A stretch of 64,000 nucleotides of DNA from NCBI GenBank assembly GCA_016930235.1, contig JAFGHI010000010.1, forward strand, positions 250 to 64,249. Direction: 5' to 3'. The notes beneath the pieces are model-generated. The model did no database searches. It was not told the DNA's origin and was given only the letters and a program-made list of their open reading frames with translations. The position numbers and the translations under genes were made by a program. How positions within the stretch are numbered: the first letter of the stretch is position 1; every line of letters begins with the position of its first letter. Shown piece by piece: positions 14,862 through 23,778 of this stretch. The stretch is from Candidatus Omnitrophota bacterium (GTDB lineage: Bacteria > Omnitrophota > Omnitrophia > Omnitrophales > Aquincolibacteriaceae).

Positions 14862-16229
14862 CTAGGCGATTTTTAGATATTGGATAAGTTTTTGAGGGTT
14901 TTGTCCAAAATCTCGATACCATTTCTCAAGAAGGACTTCGGCGGGAGATTTACCGGGGTCGATTATCTTTTCTCTGATTCGATCAAGAAAAACGCACTCG
15001 TTTCGCCATTCCTTCACCGTCTTCTGGAGGGCCAAACTTGCACATGAAATATCAACAAGTTCACGCACAAGCGAAAGAACAGAATATCGTCCCACCTTCG
15101 CCTTCATTCCTTCCTTCATGACACGCTGATGTAAATCCATTCGCTCCTTAAAAGTCATTTTGCTCACCAATTTCCACGCTTCTTCACGCGCATCCGGATG
15201 GTAAAAGATACCCTTCCAAAAAGCAGCAACCGCCGGAATAAGATCCGGCGATTGCCCGTCTACTCCGCGGATTTCCAAATATCTCTTCAAACGAACTTCG
15301 GGGAAAAAAGTGCTCAAATGAAGTTCAAAATCAGAGAACGTTGCATAATGTCCCTCGTATCCCCTCTCAAAAAATTGCCGAAATGTTCTATCTCCAACCG
15401 GAATCCATTCAGCTTCGCGGACAAGAAACATGACGGGAATATCAAGAACGAACCGGACATAATCGGCAAATGTTGCCCCCGGAAGAAGCAATTGAGATGG
15501 AATGCCTGTTCGATCAGGATCCGTTTCTTTCCAAATAGCCAACCGTCGGGATAGGTAACCGTTTGGCTGCCCTGAAGAAAAAGACGAATGAGCAAACATG
15601 GCGCTGACAAGCGATGTAATCCCTAATGAAACCCTTAAGCTAACCATGGCGTCCTCTTCACTCAAATAATCAACATTCACCTGATTCGTGGCCGTCCGTT
15701 TCATCATATGATGGGATAAGGAACCGTGTGTCCCCAAATATTCAGCCATCACTTGGTAACGTTTCTTCGGAACCCAAGGAATGTCATCCAACCCGCTGAA
15801 GGGATGAATCCCATGGGCAAGCCAGGCAACATTTGGGACTGATGCTGATACGGCTCTTAACTCCTTAATAAAATGATCAAGCTGTTCTTCGACTTCAAAA
15901 ATATTTGACACAGGAGGAGCGCTTAACTCAAGCTGTCCACCAGGTTCAAGACCAATCCAAAGATCACCCCGTCTAAGGGCAATAATATTCCCATCTTCCC
16001 TTAAAGGTTCGTAATCAAATTCCCCGGCTAATTGTTCTAAAACCCCTTGAATGCCGTTAAAACCGTAATAGGGTAAAGCCCTCCCTGTTCCAGTATGCAC
16101 ACCTATAAATTCAGCTTCTAGTCCGACTCTCGTCTTTTCCCGCGGTTTCGCCCACCGGTGGAAGCACTGGACCAAATCATCGATCGTCTCAATTCTTTTA
16201 AGATTTCTATCTTGGATAAGAGTAGTCAC
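14862..16229 (-). CDS. glutamate--cysteine ligase, GCS2 (plant/proteobacterial-like) family
   Basis: 455 aa with GCS2 family features. It lies divergent to gshB. Confidence 0.7.
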   Translation of the reverse strand: MTTLIQDRNLKRIETIDDLVQCFHRWAKPREKTRVGLEAEFIGVHTGTGRALPYYGFNGIQGVLEQLAGEFDYEPLREDGNIIALRRGDLWIGLEPGGQLELSAPPVSNIFEVEEQLDHFIKELRAVSASVPNVAWLAHGIHPFSGLDDIPWVPKKRYQVMAEYLGTHGSLSHHMMKRTATNQVNVDYLSEEDAMVSLRVSLGITSLVSAMFAHSSFSSGQPNGYLSRRLAIWKETDPDRTGIPSQLLLPGATFADYVRFVLDIPVMFLVREAEWIPVGDRTFRQFFERGYEGHYATFSDFELHLSTFFPEVRLKRYLEIRGVDGQSPDLIPAVAAFWKGIFYHPDAREEAWKLVSKMTFKERMDLHQRVMKEGMKAKVGRYSVLSLVRELVDISCASLALQKTVKEWRNECVFLDRIREKIIDPGKSPAEVLLEKWYRDFGQNPQKLIQYLKIA

Positions 16230-16335
16230 AAATTTAATGCTCCTTTTGACATTTTTGAAATAGAATAACCCCGATACCGAAAGTTGACAACCTCAACATG
16301 TTAACAAGAAAGACGAAAGATTAGTTCCTGGAAGC

Positions 16336-17310
16336 ATGAAGATCTTCTGTGTCTTAGACCCTTTACACAAGCTTGATCCTAAATGGGATACGACTCTTTA
16401 TCTGCTTCGTGAAATGTCTCGTCGCGGACATCGGATATGGATCGGTGACGTCCCCGATCTTGCTTTTTATCAAAGGGCGGTAGTGGCAAGGAGTCGCGAA
16501 ATTTCTCCTCATGACCCCAACGCAAATATTTTAAAAACAAACGCTGACTTTCTTTTTAAAGCAATAACAAAACCTGAAACTCTCGATCTGCGTCTTTTCG
16601 ACCTTATCCTGATTCGAAAAGAACCACCCTTCGATGAAAATTACCTTTGCATGACATATCTCCTCGATCATTTGGCCAAAAAAATCCCAATCGTTAATCA
16701 CCCGCGAGGCATACGTAATACCAATGAAAAACTGGGCGCTTTGCTCTTTCCCGATTTCATACCACCTTCGATCGTTTCTTCATCTCCCGCTTCTATTCTT
16801 GAATTCCAAAAATCAAAAGAATCGCATCTCGTGATTAAACCGATTGCTGAAAAAGGCGGGAAAGGAGTTTTTCTCCTCAAGAAAAACCAGCCGGGCAAGA
16901 TTGTAAAGTTAAAAAATGCAACTTTGCGCAATAAGAAATTTCTTGTCGCTCAAAAATTCCTTAAAACACCTCGGCAGGCCGACAAAAGGATTCTGATCCT
17001 CAATGGAAAAATTTTCGCGGCCTACGAGAAACGTCCAGCCCCCAAGGAGTTCCGAGCAAATCTCGGTTTGGGTGGGAGTTTTCATCGAACCAGGATTACA
17101 CCCAAGGAAGAGAAGATAGCCAAGACCATGAGACCTTATCTTCTTCAAGAAGGTCTCTATTTCGTTGGAATTGATGTCATGGGGGAATTTCTTTTAGAAA
17201 TCAACGTTACTTGCCCTGCAGGGCTTCCTGAGGCTAAATACTTGCACCCACGGCTTCCGCTGGTAGAAATGTGGGCGGATTTTCTGGAATCTCACGTAAG
17301 GAAGTTTTAG
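16336..17310 (+). CDS. gshB: glutathione synthetase (ATP-grasp, prokaryotic type)
   Basis: 324 aa with a GshB N-domain and an ATP-grasp region (KPIAEKGGKGVFLLK ... NVTCPAG). The gene also has an SD. Confidence 0.8.
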   Translation: MKIFCVLDPLHKLDPKWDTTLYLLREMSRRGHRIWIGDVPDLAFYQRAVVARSREISPHDPNANILKTNADFLFKAITKPETLDLRLFDLILIRKEPPFDENYLCMTYLLDHLAKKIPIVNHPRGIRNTNEKLGALLFPDFIPPSIVSSSPASILEFQKSKESHLVIKPIAEKGGKGVFLLKKNQPGKIVKLKNATLRNKKFLVAQKFLKTPRQADKRILILNGKIFAAYEKRPAPKEFRANLGLGGSFHRTRITPKEEKIAKTMRPYLLQEGLYFVGIDVMGEFLLEINVTCPAGLPEAKYLHPRLPLVEMWADFLESHVRKF

Positions 17311-19018
17311 TTTCGATCGTTTTCTTCTCTCGCGGGACAAAGCCTAAATAATAAAGCGAGGCCTCTATGACTTCTTTGAAGACAGGTCCAGCAACAGTGC
17401 CTCCATAGTAGCGGGGTTTGGGATCATCCAAGACAACGGCCATGACAAGTTCGGGATCTTCCGAGGGCGCAAACCCAACAAATGATGAAACAAAATTTGA
17501 GTGGGAATAGCCTTTCCCATTCGGCAGCACTTTTTGAGCAGTCCCTGTCTTTCCACCCACTGAAACCCCGTCAATTTTTGCCCTTTTGCCGGTTCCTTCT
17601 TCGACCACACGAGTTAAAATCCGTCGCATTTGTGCAGCAACGGCGGGCCGAATGACTTCTTCACGAAGGATCTCCGGCTTCGTTTCTTTGATGACAACTC
17701 CGGCACCATCTGTCACTTTTGAGATAACATAAGGCCGAAAGAGCTTTCCTCCATTCGCAATAACCGCCATGGCATTGGTCATTTGCATGGCCGTTACGAG
17801 GATCTCATGCCCAAAAGGAATATTGTAAGGTGATGTTTTTGACCACTGGTTTGGTGGGCGTATAAAACCAGCGACCTCCCCTGGCAAATCGATCCCTGTG
17901 GACTCTGAGAATCCATAAGCACGGATATACCCGTAGAAGACTTCTGGATCCAGCAAACTTGCAACTTTAACGATTCCGATATTGCTTGATTTCACAACAA
18001 CGTCCTCAAAAGATAAATCACCATAAGGATGGACATCATGTAAAACCTTCGATCCATATCGATATTCCCCGTTCTCACAATCAAAGATCGTCTCAGGCAT
18101 GGCCTTCCCTTCATTTAAAACAGCACTAGCGGCTACCACTTTAAAAACCGATCCAGGCTCATACATATCCGTTAAAGCACGGTTCCGCCGGCTTGCAACT
18201 GTCGAGTTCGCTACTTGATTAGGGTCAAAAGACGGGCGATTGGCCATTGCCAGGATCTTCCCAGTTTTGACTTCCATCACAATTGCAAAGGCCCCTTGAG
18301 CATGCCATTGGGTATAAGCTTCATTGAGTGCTTTTTCTGTCAGGTATTGGACATATTGATCAATCGTTAAGGTCACATTGTGACCGTTGACTGCAGGGAT
18401 CGCTAAAATCTCGAAGGCTCGTATCTCCCTTCCGAGGGCATCACGTTTGGTGTACCTTCGTCCAGCCCGCCCTTGCATCTGTCGATTGAGAACAAGTTCG
18501 ATGCCTTCCAGGCCATTCGTATCCACATCCGTAAATCCGAGGATGTGTGAAAGAAGTTCACCTTGGGGGTAAAATCTTCGGTACTCTTCCTCAATCCCCA
18601 AAGCCGGAGTCTTGAGTTCCCGAATAGCTTTGGCTTCTTCGACTGAAACACGGCGTTTAATCCATACGAAGGCCTTTTTTCTGGATAGCCTTTCGCGGAC
18701 AAAATCTTCGGGAAGATCCAAAATTAAACTTACTTTTCGGGTCATTTCCTCAAGCTTATCCCGGCTTAAAAGTCTTGGAACACCATAAATGGATGGAACC
18801 TTCAAGTTTGTGGCCAATTCCCGGCCCGAACGGTCAAGGATTCTCCCCCTCAAAGGAGCAATTTCAATACTTAACCGGTGTTGCTTTTCGGCAAGTTCAA
18901 GAAGTGAGGAGTTCCGAATCACAGCAAGTTGAAGTAATTGGTAGGCAACAATCAGAAAAAAACTGGCGGTAATAAAATTAACAATCCAAAAACGCCGTTT
19001 TGTAACCGTTGATATCAT
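17234..19018 (-). CDS. ftsI: peptidoglycan D,D-transpeptidase FtsI / PBP2-class
   Basis: 594 aa with an N-terminal TM, a dimerisation domain and a transpeptidase domain carrying SxxK, SxN (SSN) and KTG(T) motifs. Confidence 0.88.
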   Translation of the reverse strand: MISTVTKRRFWIVNFITASFFLIVAYQLLQLAVIRNSSLLELAEKQHRLSIEIAPLRGRILDRSGRELATNLKVPSIYGVPRLLSRDKLEEMTRKVSLILDLPEDFVRERLSRKKAFVWIKRRVSVEEAKAIRELKTPALGIEEEYRRFYPQGELLSHILGFTDVDTNGLEGIELVLNRQMQGRAGRRYTKRDALGREIRAFEILAIPAVNGHNVTLTIDQYVQYLTEKALNEAYTQWHAQGAFAIVMEVKTGKILAMANRPSFDPNQVANSTVASRRNRALTDMYEPGSVFKVVAASAVLNEGKAMPETIFDCENGEYRYGSKVLHDVHPYGDLSFEDVVVKSSNIGIVKVASLLDPEVFYGYIRAYGFSESTGIDLPGEVAGFIRPPNQWSKTSPYNIPFGHEILVTAMQMTNAMAVIANGGKLFRPYVISKVTDGAGVVIKETKPEILREEVIRPAVAAQMRRILTRVVEEGTGKRAKIDGVSVGGKTGTAQKVLPNGKGYSHSNFVSSFVGFAPSEDPELVMAVVLDDPKPRYYGGTVAGPVFKEVIEASLYYLGFVPREKKTIETKTSLREIPENPPTFLPAEAVGASI

Positions 19019-19094
19019 GGATCAAACCGCACCGATAGGATTTTTAAAACGCAACTGGAAACTGATTTCTAAATATTCGCGGCTCGAATGATGC

Positions 19095-19478
19095 TCAACG
19101 TTCGGTTTTTGCCTGAGCAACACCCGTCCAACGCCCTAAGATACTGAGAAAATGACCCGTCACTTGCTCTGAGTCCATATAAGCTGTTCCAAGCTCCTGG
19201 ACAACCGGAAGATGAGGGATCCGCACAACCTGTACTTCCTTGGGTAATCTCAAATCTAACTCCAATTCTTTCATTCTTCCTTCCAATAACCGAGGAGATT
19301 TCAGTTGATCAACTTCAAATTTGATCTGTCGATAGTCTTCGGATTTCCTTGTCACAAGCTCATATTGCTCGTCAATACGATAAGAGACACGAAATAGAGC
19401 AATCTGCTGGTGAACGTAAAGAAGCATTAATCCAGACAACATCGCAATTCCTAAGATTATTCTCCCCGTATTTCTCAT
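19095..19478 (-). CDS. ftsL: cell division protein FtsL-like
   Basis: 127 aa with a single TM followed by a coiled coil. It sits between rsmH and ftsI as in canonical dcw clusters. Confidence 0.6.
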   Translation of the reverse strand: MRNTGRIILGIAMLSGLMLLYVHQQIALFRVSYRIDEQYELVTRKSEDYRQIKFEVDQLKSPRLLEGRMKELELDLRLPKEVQVVRIPHLPVVQELGTAYMDSEQVTGHFLSILGRWTGVAQAKTER

Positions 19479-20383
19479 CCCGTTTTCTCCGCAACTCTCA
19501 ATTTTGCGCTTCTTGCTCGCCGGTTTTCCAACATCTCCGAGCGGCTCGGCACTACCGGCTTCTTGGTCACTAAGAAAGCTTGTCTCTTCTGACTTAGATC
19601 CCTAAAAAAATATTTCGCGATCCTGTCTTCCGAAGAATGAAACGTAATCACACCCAGTCGGCCCTTTTGTCCTATCCGTTCCCAAATCTTCGGAAGAGCT
19701 TTTTCAAGGCATCCTAATTCATCATTCACCGCAATCCTCAATGCCTGAAAAACCCTTGTCACCGGATGATGACGAGCATGCTTGGGACGTCTTCCCTTTT
19801 CAAACTTTAAAGATCGCGGCAAAGCTCCTTCAAGAACCCCGACTAAGTCTTCTGTTGTCTCAATAGGCTTCTGTCGTCGTGACTGACAAATAGCATATGC
19901 AAACTTTCTCGCCCGCCGCTCATCGCCGAACCTGTAGAAGATCTCCGCAAGGTCTTCTTCTGAAAGATCATTGACGAGATCCCTTGCTTTCATCGATTGC
20001 TGAACATTCATCCGCATATCCAGCGGTCCCGGATGGTTAAAGCTAAAACCCCGTTCCGGATCATCAATCTGTTCTGCCGAGAACCCGACATCTAATAATA
20101 CGGCATTTACAAACCGAATATTTAGAGAATCTAGGATTTTATCGAGATTAATAAAGTTTTCTTGGTGCAATGTTGCCTGTGGATAGGGTTTAAGTCTCTC
20201 TTGACATCTGGAAATGCTTGAAGCGTCCTGGTCCAATCCAATCAAACGTCCTGTTAGGCCTATTGTTTTGATTATCTCCATGGCATGCCCTGCATTCCCG
20301 AGTGTCCCATCAACCACGATATCACCCGAGCGCAAGGCAAGAAGCCTGAGCGTCTCTTGAAGGAGTACCGGTTTATGGGGCAA
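19475..20383 (-). CDS. rsmH: 16S rRNA (cytosine1402-N4)-methyltransferase
   Basis: 302 aa of the MraW family (DGTLGNAGHA, GFSAEQIDD). Confidence 0.9.
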   Translation of the reverse strand: MPHKPVLLQETLRLLALRSGDIVVDGTLGNAGHAMEIIKTIGLTGRLIGLDQDASSISRCQERLKPYPQATLHQENFINLDKILDSLNIRFVNAVLLDVGFSAEQIDDPERGFSFNHPGPLDMRMNVQQSMKARDLVNDLSEEDLAEIFYRFGDERRARKFAYAICQSRRQKPIETTEDLVGVLEGALPRSLKFEKGRRPKHARHHPVTRVFQALRIAVNDELGCLEKALPKIWERIGQKGRLGVITFHSSEDRIAKYFFRDLSQKRQAFLVTKKPVVPSRSEMLENRRARSAKLRVAEKTG

Positions 20384-20711
20384 AGCTCTTAATCGCCTCT
20401 TCTTCTGAATGATAAGATTCCATTAATCCGTTCACACCAATCAACCGGAACGTTTTTTCAACTTCCGGACGAAGATGGATGAGCTTGATATCCCCTTTTT
20501 GCGCACGAACTTTCATGAGTCGGTCAATCAAAATACCCAATCCGGCTAATTCCACCCGCTTTGCGGATTGAAGATCGAGCAATAACTTCTTATGATTCTT
20601 TTTAAGAAGTCTCGCCAAACGGTTTTTGATTTTGACCATCTCTCCGGCACTCAGGTCTCCTTGAAATCGTAGAACCTCAACACCCATATTCACTCTGGAA
20701 CGAAACGCCAT
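20373..20711 (-). CDS. STAS-domain protein (anti-sigma factor antagonist-like)
   Basis: 112 aa with the SpoIIAA-like STAS pattern (VLRFQGDLSAGEM ... LDLQSAKRVELAGLGILI). It lies between mraZ and rsmH. Confidence 0.6.
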   Translation of the reverse strand: MAFRSRVNMGVEVLRFQGDLSAGEMVKIKNRLARLLKKNHKKLLLDLQSAKRVELAGLGILIDRLMKVRAQKGDIKLIHLRPEVEKTFRLIGVNGLMESYHSEEEAIKSFAP

Positions 20712-20731
20712 TGACTCCCCCTTTCCTTAAT

Positions 20732-21169
20732 TTATTCTGTAATTAATTTCTCAGCAAGCTCTTCGAACTTGCCTTTGTTATTATCAAAGAAACTTTGCCA
20801 TTTTTCTTTAGACCATATTTCAATACGGTCCGATACGCCGATGATGATGACATCTTCTTGAATCAAAGCATAAGTCTTCAAATAATCCGGAATTAAGATC
20901 CTTCCCTGCTTATCGCAAACGACATCGACAGCCCCCGAAAAAAACAATCGGTTAAAGTGGCGGGATTCACCACGGGTAAAAGGCATATCCCGGAATTTCT
21001 TTTCCTGGGTCTTCCAGGTAGCTTCCGTGAAAACAAACAAACATTGATCGAGGCCTCGTGTGATATAGAACTTTTCAGCAAAGTTTTCTTTGAAGATCTC
21101 TCGGAATTTCGCAGGGATGATGATCCGGCCTTTATTGTCTAACGTATGTTCATATTCGCCGTAAAACAT
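20732..21169 (-). CDS. mraZ: transcriptional regulator MraZ
   Basis: 145 aa with duplicated MraZ halves (DNKGRIIIPAKFR / DKQGRILIPDYLK). Confidence 0.9.
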   Translation of the reverse strand: MFYGEYEHTLDNKGRIIIPAKFREIFKENFAEKFYITRGLDQCLFVFTEATWKTQEKKFRDMPFTRGESRHFNRLFFSGAVDVVCDKQGRILIPDYLKTYALIQEDVIIIGVSDRIEIWSKEKWQSFFDNNKGKFEELAEKLITE

Positions 21170-21189
21170 CGTTTCTACCTACCTTTTTT

Positions 21190-21225
21190 GGTTTACCACT
21201 TTCCCCCACTTTTCACCACTTTCAT
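21190..21225 (-). promoter_or_regulatory. putative MraZ operator / Pmra region
   Basis: On the minus strand, AAAGTGGTGAAAAGTGGGGGAAAGTGGTAA contains three direct AAAGTGG repeats with 10-bp periodicity immediately upstream of mraZ. MraZ operators are classically triple GTGG(G) direct repeats. Confidence 0.5.
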
Positions 21226-21517
21226 CATCAGCGGGAGTATACTCCCCCCTCAAATGGGAGTCAACCCTTTTCTTCAAGAAAATCCTCCTAAGTGATTATC
21301 TTTCAACTAAATACAATATATGGTGTCGGAGGATGTATAGGCCCACTATTAATAGTTATTCTCTCACGAAGAAATGGGACTACGCTCCCCAGGCGAATGG
21401 TTTCACTATGGTGGACATTTCTACGAGGACGTGGCTTATGAAATCTAAGATGAAAAAAAACTTAGATGAGGACAACAAATACTGCGGAACAAACAAAAGA
21501 AATCCAAAGGAGAAAGA

Positions 21518-22252
21518 TTATGTTTGCGGAGAGACTTCTTCGTTCTCTAGATACAAAATTCGTGAGCAATTTTCACAGATAACCAAATGTTCTTCGAGCT
21601 GAAGCTCATTAATGATTTGGGGCCTTAATTTAATTTGGCATGCGGCACAATTTTCACCCTCGGTTTTGACGAGAGCCAAACCTTGCTTAACCTCTACGAT
21701 ACGGTTGTATAAATCTCTCACATCGAGAGGGACCTGTTCCATCACGGTCTGACGGTCCTTCTTAAGTTTTTCGATTGCGGTCTGAAGCGTCTTTTCTTGC
21801 TGATCCAGTTCCGCAAGCTTCTGGCTGACTTCCTTTTCAACCTGCCCTAAGCGGCCCTTTTCCTTTTTAACTTCCTCATCAGCCGCTTCGACTTCATCGA
21901 GGATTTTAATAATTTCTTCCTCCAAAAGAGAATTATCAGCCTTCAGCGAGGCGATCTCTTGCTGCATGGCGCTGTATTCTTTGTTGGTTTTCAACAATCC
22001 TAACTGTCCATCCAGCTTTTTGACATTGGCCTCTTTTTGTGCCAACTCACCTTCTTTCTCTTTCTGCCTAAGCTGAAGCTTACGTAATTCCCCCTCAATT
22101 TCATTCAGGTGGGACTTTTCACTCTCAAGCTGCCGCTTAACCTCGGCTTTCTTCTCAGGGATGTCAAAAAGCTGCTGTTGGGCAGCATAGAGTTCGCTAT
22201 CGACAACCTGAATTTTCTTAAGAGCTTCTATGGTCTCTCGAACCTTTAACAT
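21518..22252 (-). CDS. coiled-coil protein with C-terminal C4 zinc ribbon (COG1579-like)
   Basis: A long heptad region is followed by CAACQ...CENCSRIL. Confidence 0.65.
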   Translation of the reverse strand: MLKVRETIEALKKIQVVDSELYAAQQQLFDIPEKKAEVKRQLESEKSHLNEIEGELRKLQLRQKEKEGELAQKEANVKKLDGQLGLLKTNKEYSAMQQEIASLKADNSLLEEEIIKILDEVEAADEEVKKEKGRLGQVEKEVSQKLAELDQQEKTLQTAIEKLKKDRQTVMEQVPLDVRDLYNRIVEVKQGLALVKTEGENCAACQIKLRPQIINELQLEEHLVICENCSRILYLENEEVSPQT

Positions 22253-22375
22253 AATAGAAAGGCATTATAGGGAAGTTTCCGAACAGCATCAAGGATGAAA
22301 TCACAGACTTAAAATATGAGCGTGTATAAGGTTAATCAACATTCGCTGGGAGTATAGAATTCTTTTAGACTTTAT

Positions 22376-22981
22376 CTAAACCGGGAAAGCTTGTTTGGCC
22401 TCTACGCCAAGTTCGATAAAATCATCTAATTCGCTTCGATCAAGTTTTGCATCGCGAAAAAAATGATAACGTTCATCAATATCATCGACGGCCTTCTCTA
22501 ACTCAATGGATGGTATCCTTTCTGCAAGATCCAGGAGGGCCCATTCTCTCAAAGCCATTCCTTCACGTTCCTGGGGCGCCATAAAAAAATACTCGAATAG
22601 CCGCACACCTTCCCTAGACAGAAGTCTTTCCTTTTCGTCTCTTGAAATAGAGATAAGGTCCATCACTCCGTCTGAAATTGATGGAAAAAAAATAAAGAGC
22701 CTGAGTTTCTCCCCGGTAATCCTCATCCAATCATCCCACTCATCACAAAGTGATTTATAGGTAGTAAGCGAAAAGGGTTCAAACATAATGCGACCCCAAA
22801 GGAGTCCATCAGGAACTTCAAGAAAGATCTGGTCATGTTCAATGGAGGCATTCACAAGCACAGGCTTGACATTGAAACCACGGTACATGCTTTGCATCAC
22901 ATCCCGCAAAGCAGTCATCATCGCCTGGCGGTCCTGTTTTGTTACTTTTTCGACAAAGAAGAAATTCATGGATTGTGACAT
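22376..22981 (-). CDS. hypothetical protein (third gene of ParA-CBM48 operon)
   Basis: 201 aa with no recognisable motif. Its start overlaps the stop of the upstream gene. Confidence 0.45.
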   Translation of the reverse strand: MSQSMNFFFVEKVTKQDRQAMMTALRDVMQSMYRGFNVKPVLVNASIEHDQIFLEVPDGLLWGRIMFEPFSLTTYKSLCDEWDDWMRITGEKLRLFIFFPSISDGVMDLISISRDEKERLLSREGVRLFEYFFMAPQEREGMALREWALLDLAERIPSIELEKAVDDIDERYHFFRDAKLDRSELDDFIELGVEAKQAFPV

Positions 22982-23778
22982 GGGGCAAACTCCAAGGATG
23001 TTTGTAATAATCTTGCAAGCATTCGTTTTTCTAAAGAATTGTAATTTTCAACCGGCTTCGAGGACAAATGTTCCAAGGCCAAACTCGAAGAAAAGGTATA
23101 TTGATGCATCCCCTCTTGCAATCGTCCAAGCCAGGTCACACTCAAACCTAGATGCCGGGACGTCATCTCAGAAAACTTTTCGTAAAGGAAACTTCCCTTT
23201 TCCTGAGTCACCGCACCGTCAAAAAGCAGGTAATATTCAAGGTGCGGATTGAGGGCCATGGAAGCCTTCATGGCTTTATAGACTTCCGATAGGCTCTCGA
23301 TATTGGGTCTCACCAGCAAAATCCATTTATCAAGAACAGGGATGATCTTGTCAAACTGGGCAATCCTGTTATATTCGAAATCAAGAAAGAACTTTTGGTT
23401 CGCGAAACTCTCGGATGATACAACATCGTGAGGATATTCCCATACTCTTTCAAGTTGATCCCAGGTAAAAGAAACCCACCGGATGTTCGAACCAAAAGAC
23501 TCGCTCTGCAGAATGGTAGGCGCATCTTCGGGACGCCCCAAATAACGTGACGTGAGAGAAATGATCGTGCACGGACAAGATGTATCTGCCACCCGGGAAG
23601 CCAGGTAACTCGTTAAAAAAAGCGAGCTACCCGGTCTGTCAGGATTAAACACGCTTAAGCACTCTATCCTCTTCTCATTCAGCAGATTCTGACGTTCGAC
23701 GGTTTCGACCTTCTGTTGGAATAAAGGTGAAATATCTTTCAAACCACGTTTAAGACGACGTTTTGGGTCCATAGTCAC
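22966..23778 (-). CDS. hypothetical protein, possibly degenerate ParA/MinD-like fold
   Basis: 270 aa. The N-terminal strand-loop region (ECLSVFNPDRPGSSLFLTSYLA) resembles a ParA Walker-A segment that has lost the P-loop lysine. The gene overlaps the ParA-CBM48 gene by 4 nt. Confidence 0.35.
   Translation of the reverse strand: MTMDPKRRLKRGLKDISPLFQQKVETVERQNLLNEKRIECLSVFNPDRPGSSLFLTSYLASRVADTSCPCTIISLTSRYLGRPEDAPTILQSESFGSNIRWVSFTWDQLERVWEYPHDVVSSESFANQKFFLDFEYNRIAQFDKIIPVLDKWILLVRPNIESLSEVYKAMKASMALNPHLEYYLLFDGAVTQEKGSFLYEKFSEMTSRHLGLSVTWLGRLQEGMHQYTFSSSLALEHLSSKPVENYNSLEKRMLARLLQTSLEFAPCHNP

Noticed and set aside
21333-21602. 89-aa plus-strand ORF in the mraZ upstream region.
   Set aside because: It lies in the promoter/operator region and partly antisense to the zinc-ribbon gene. 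It has an odd composition and no RBS.
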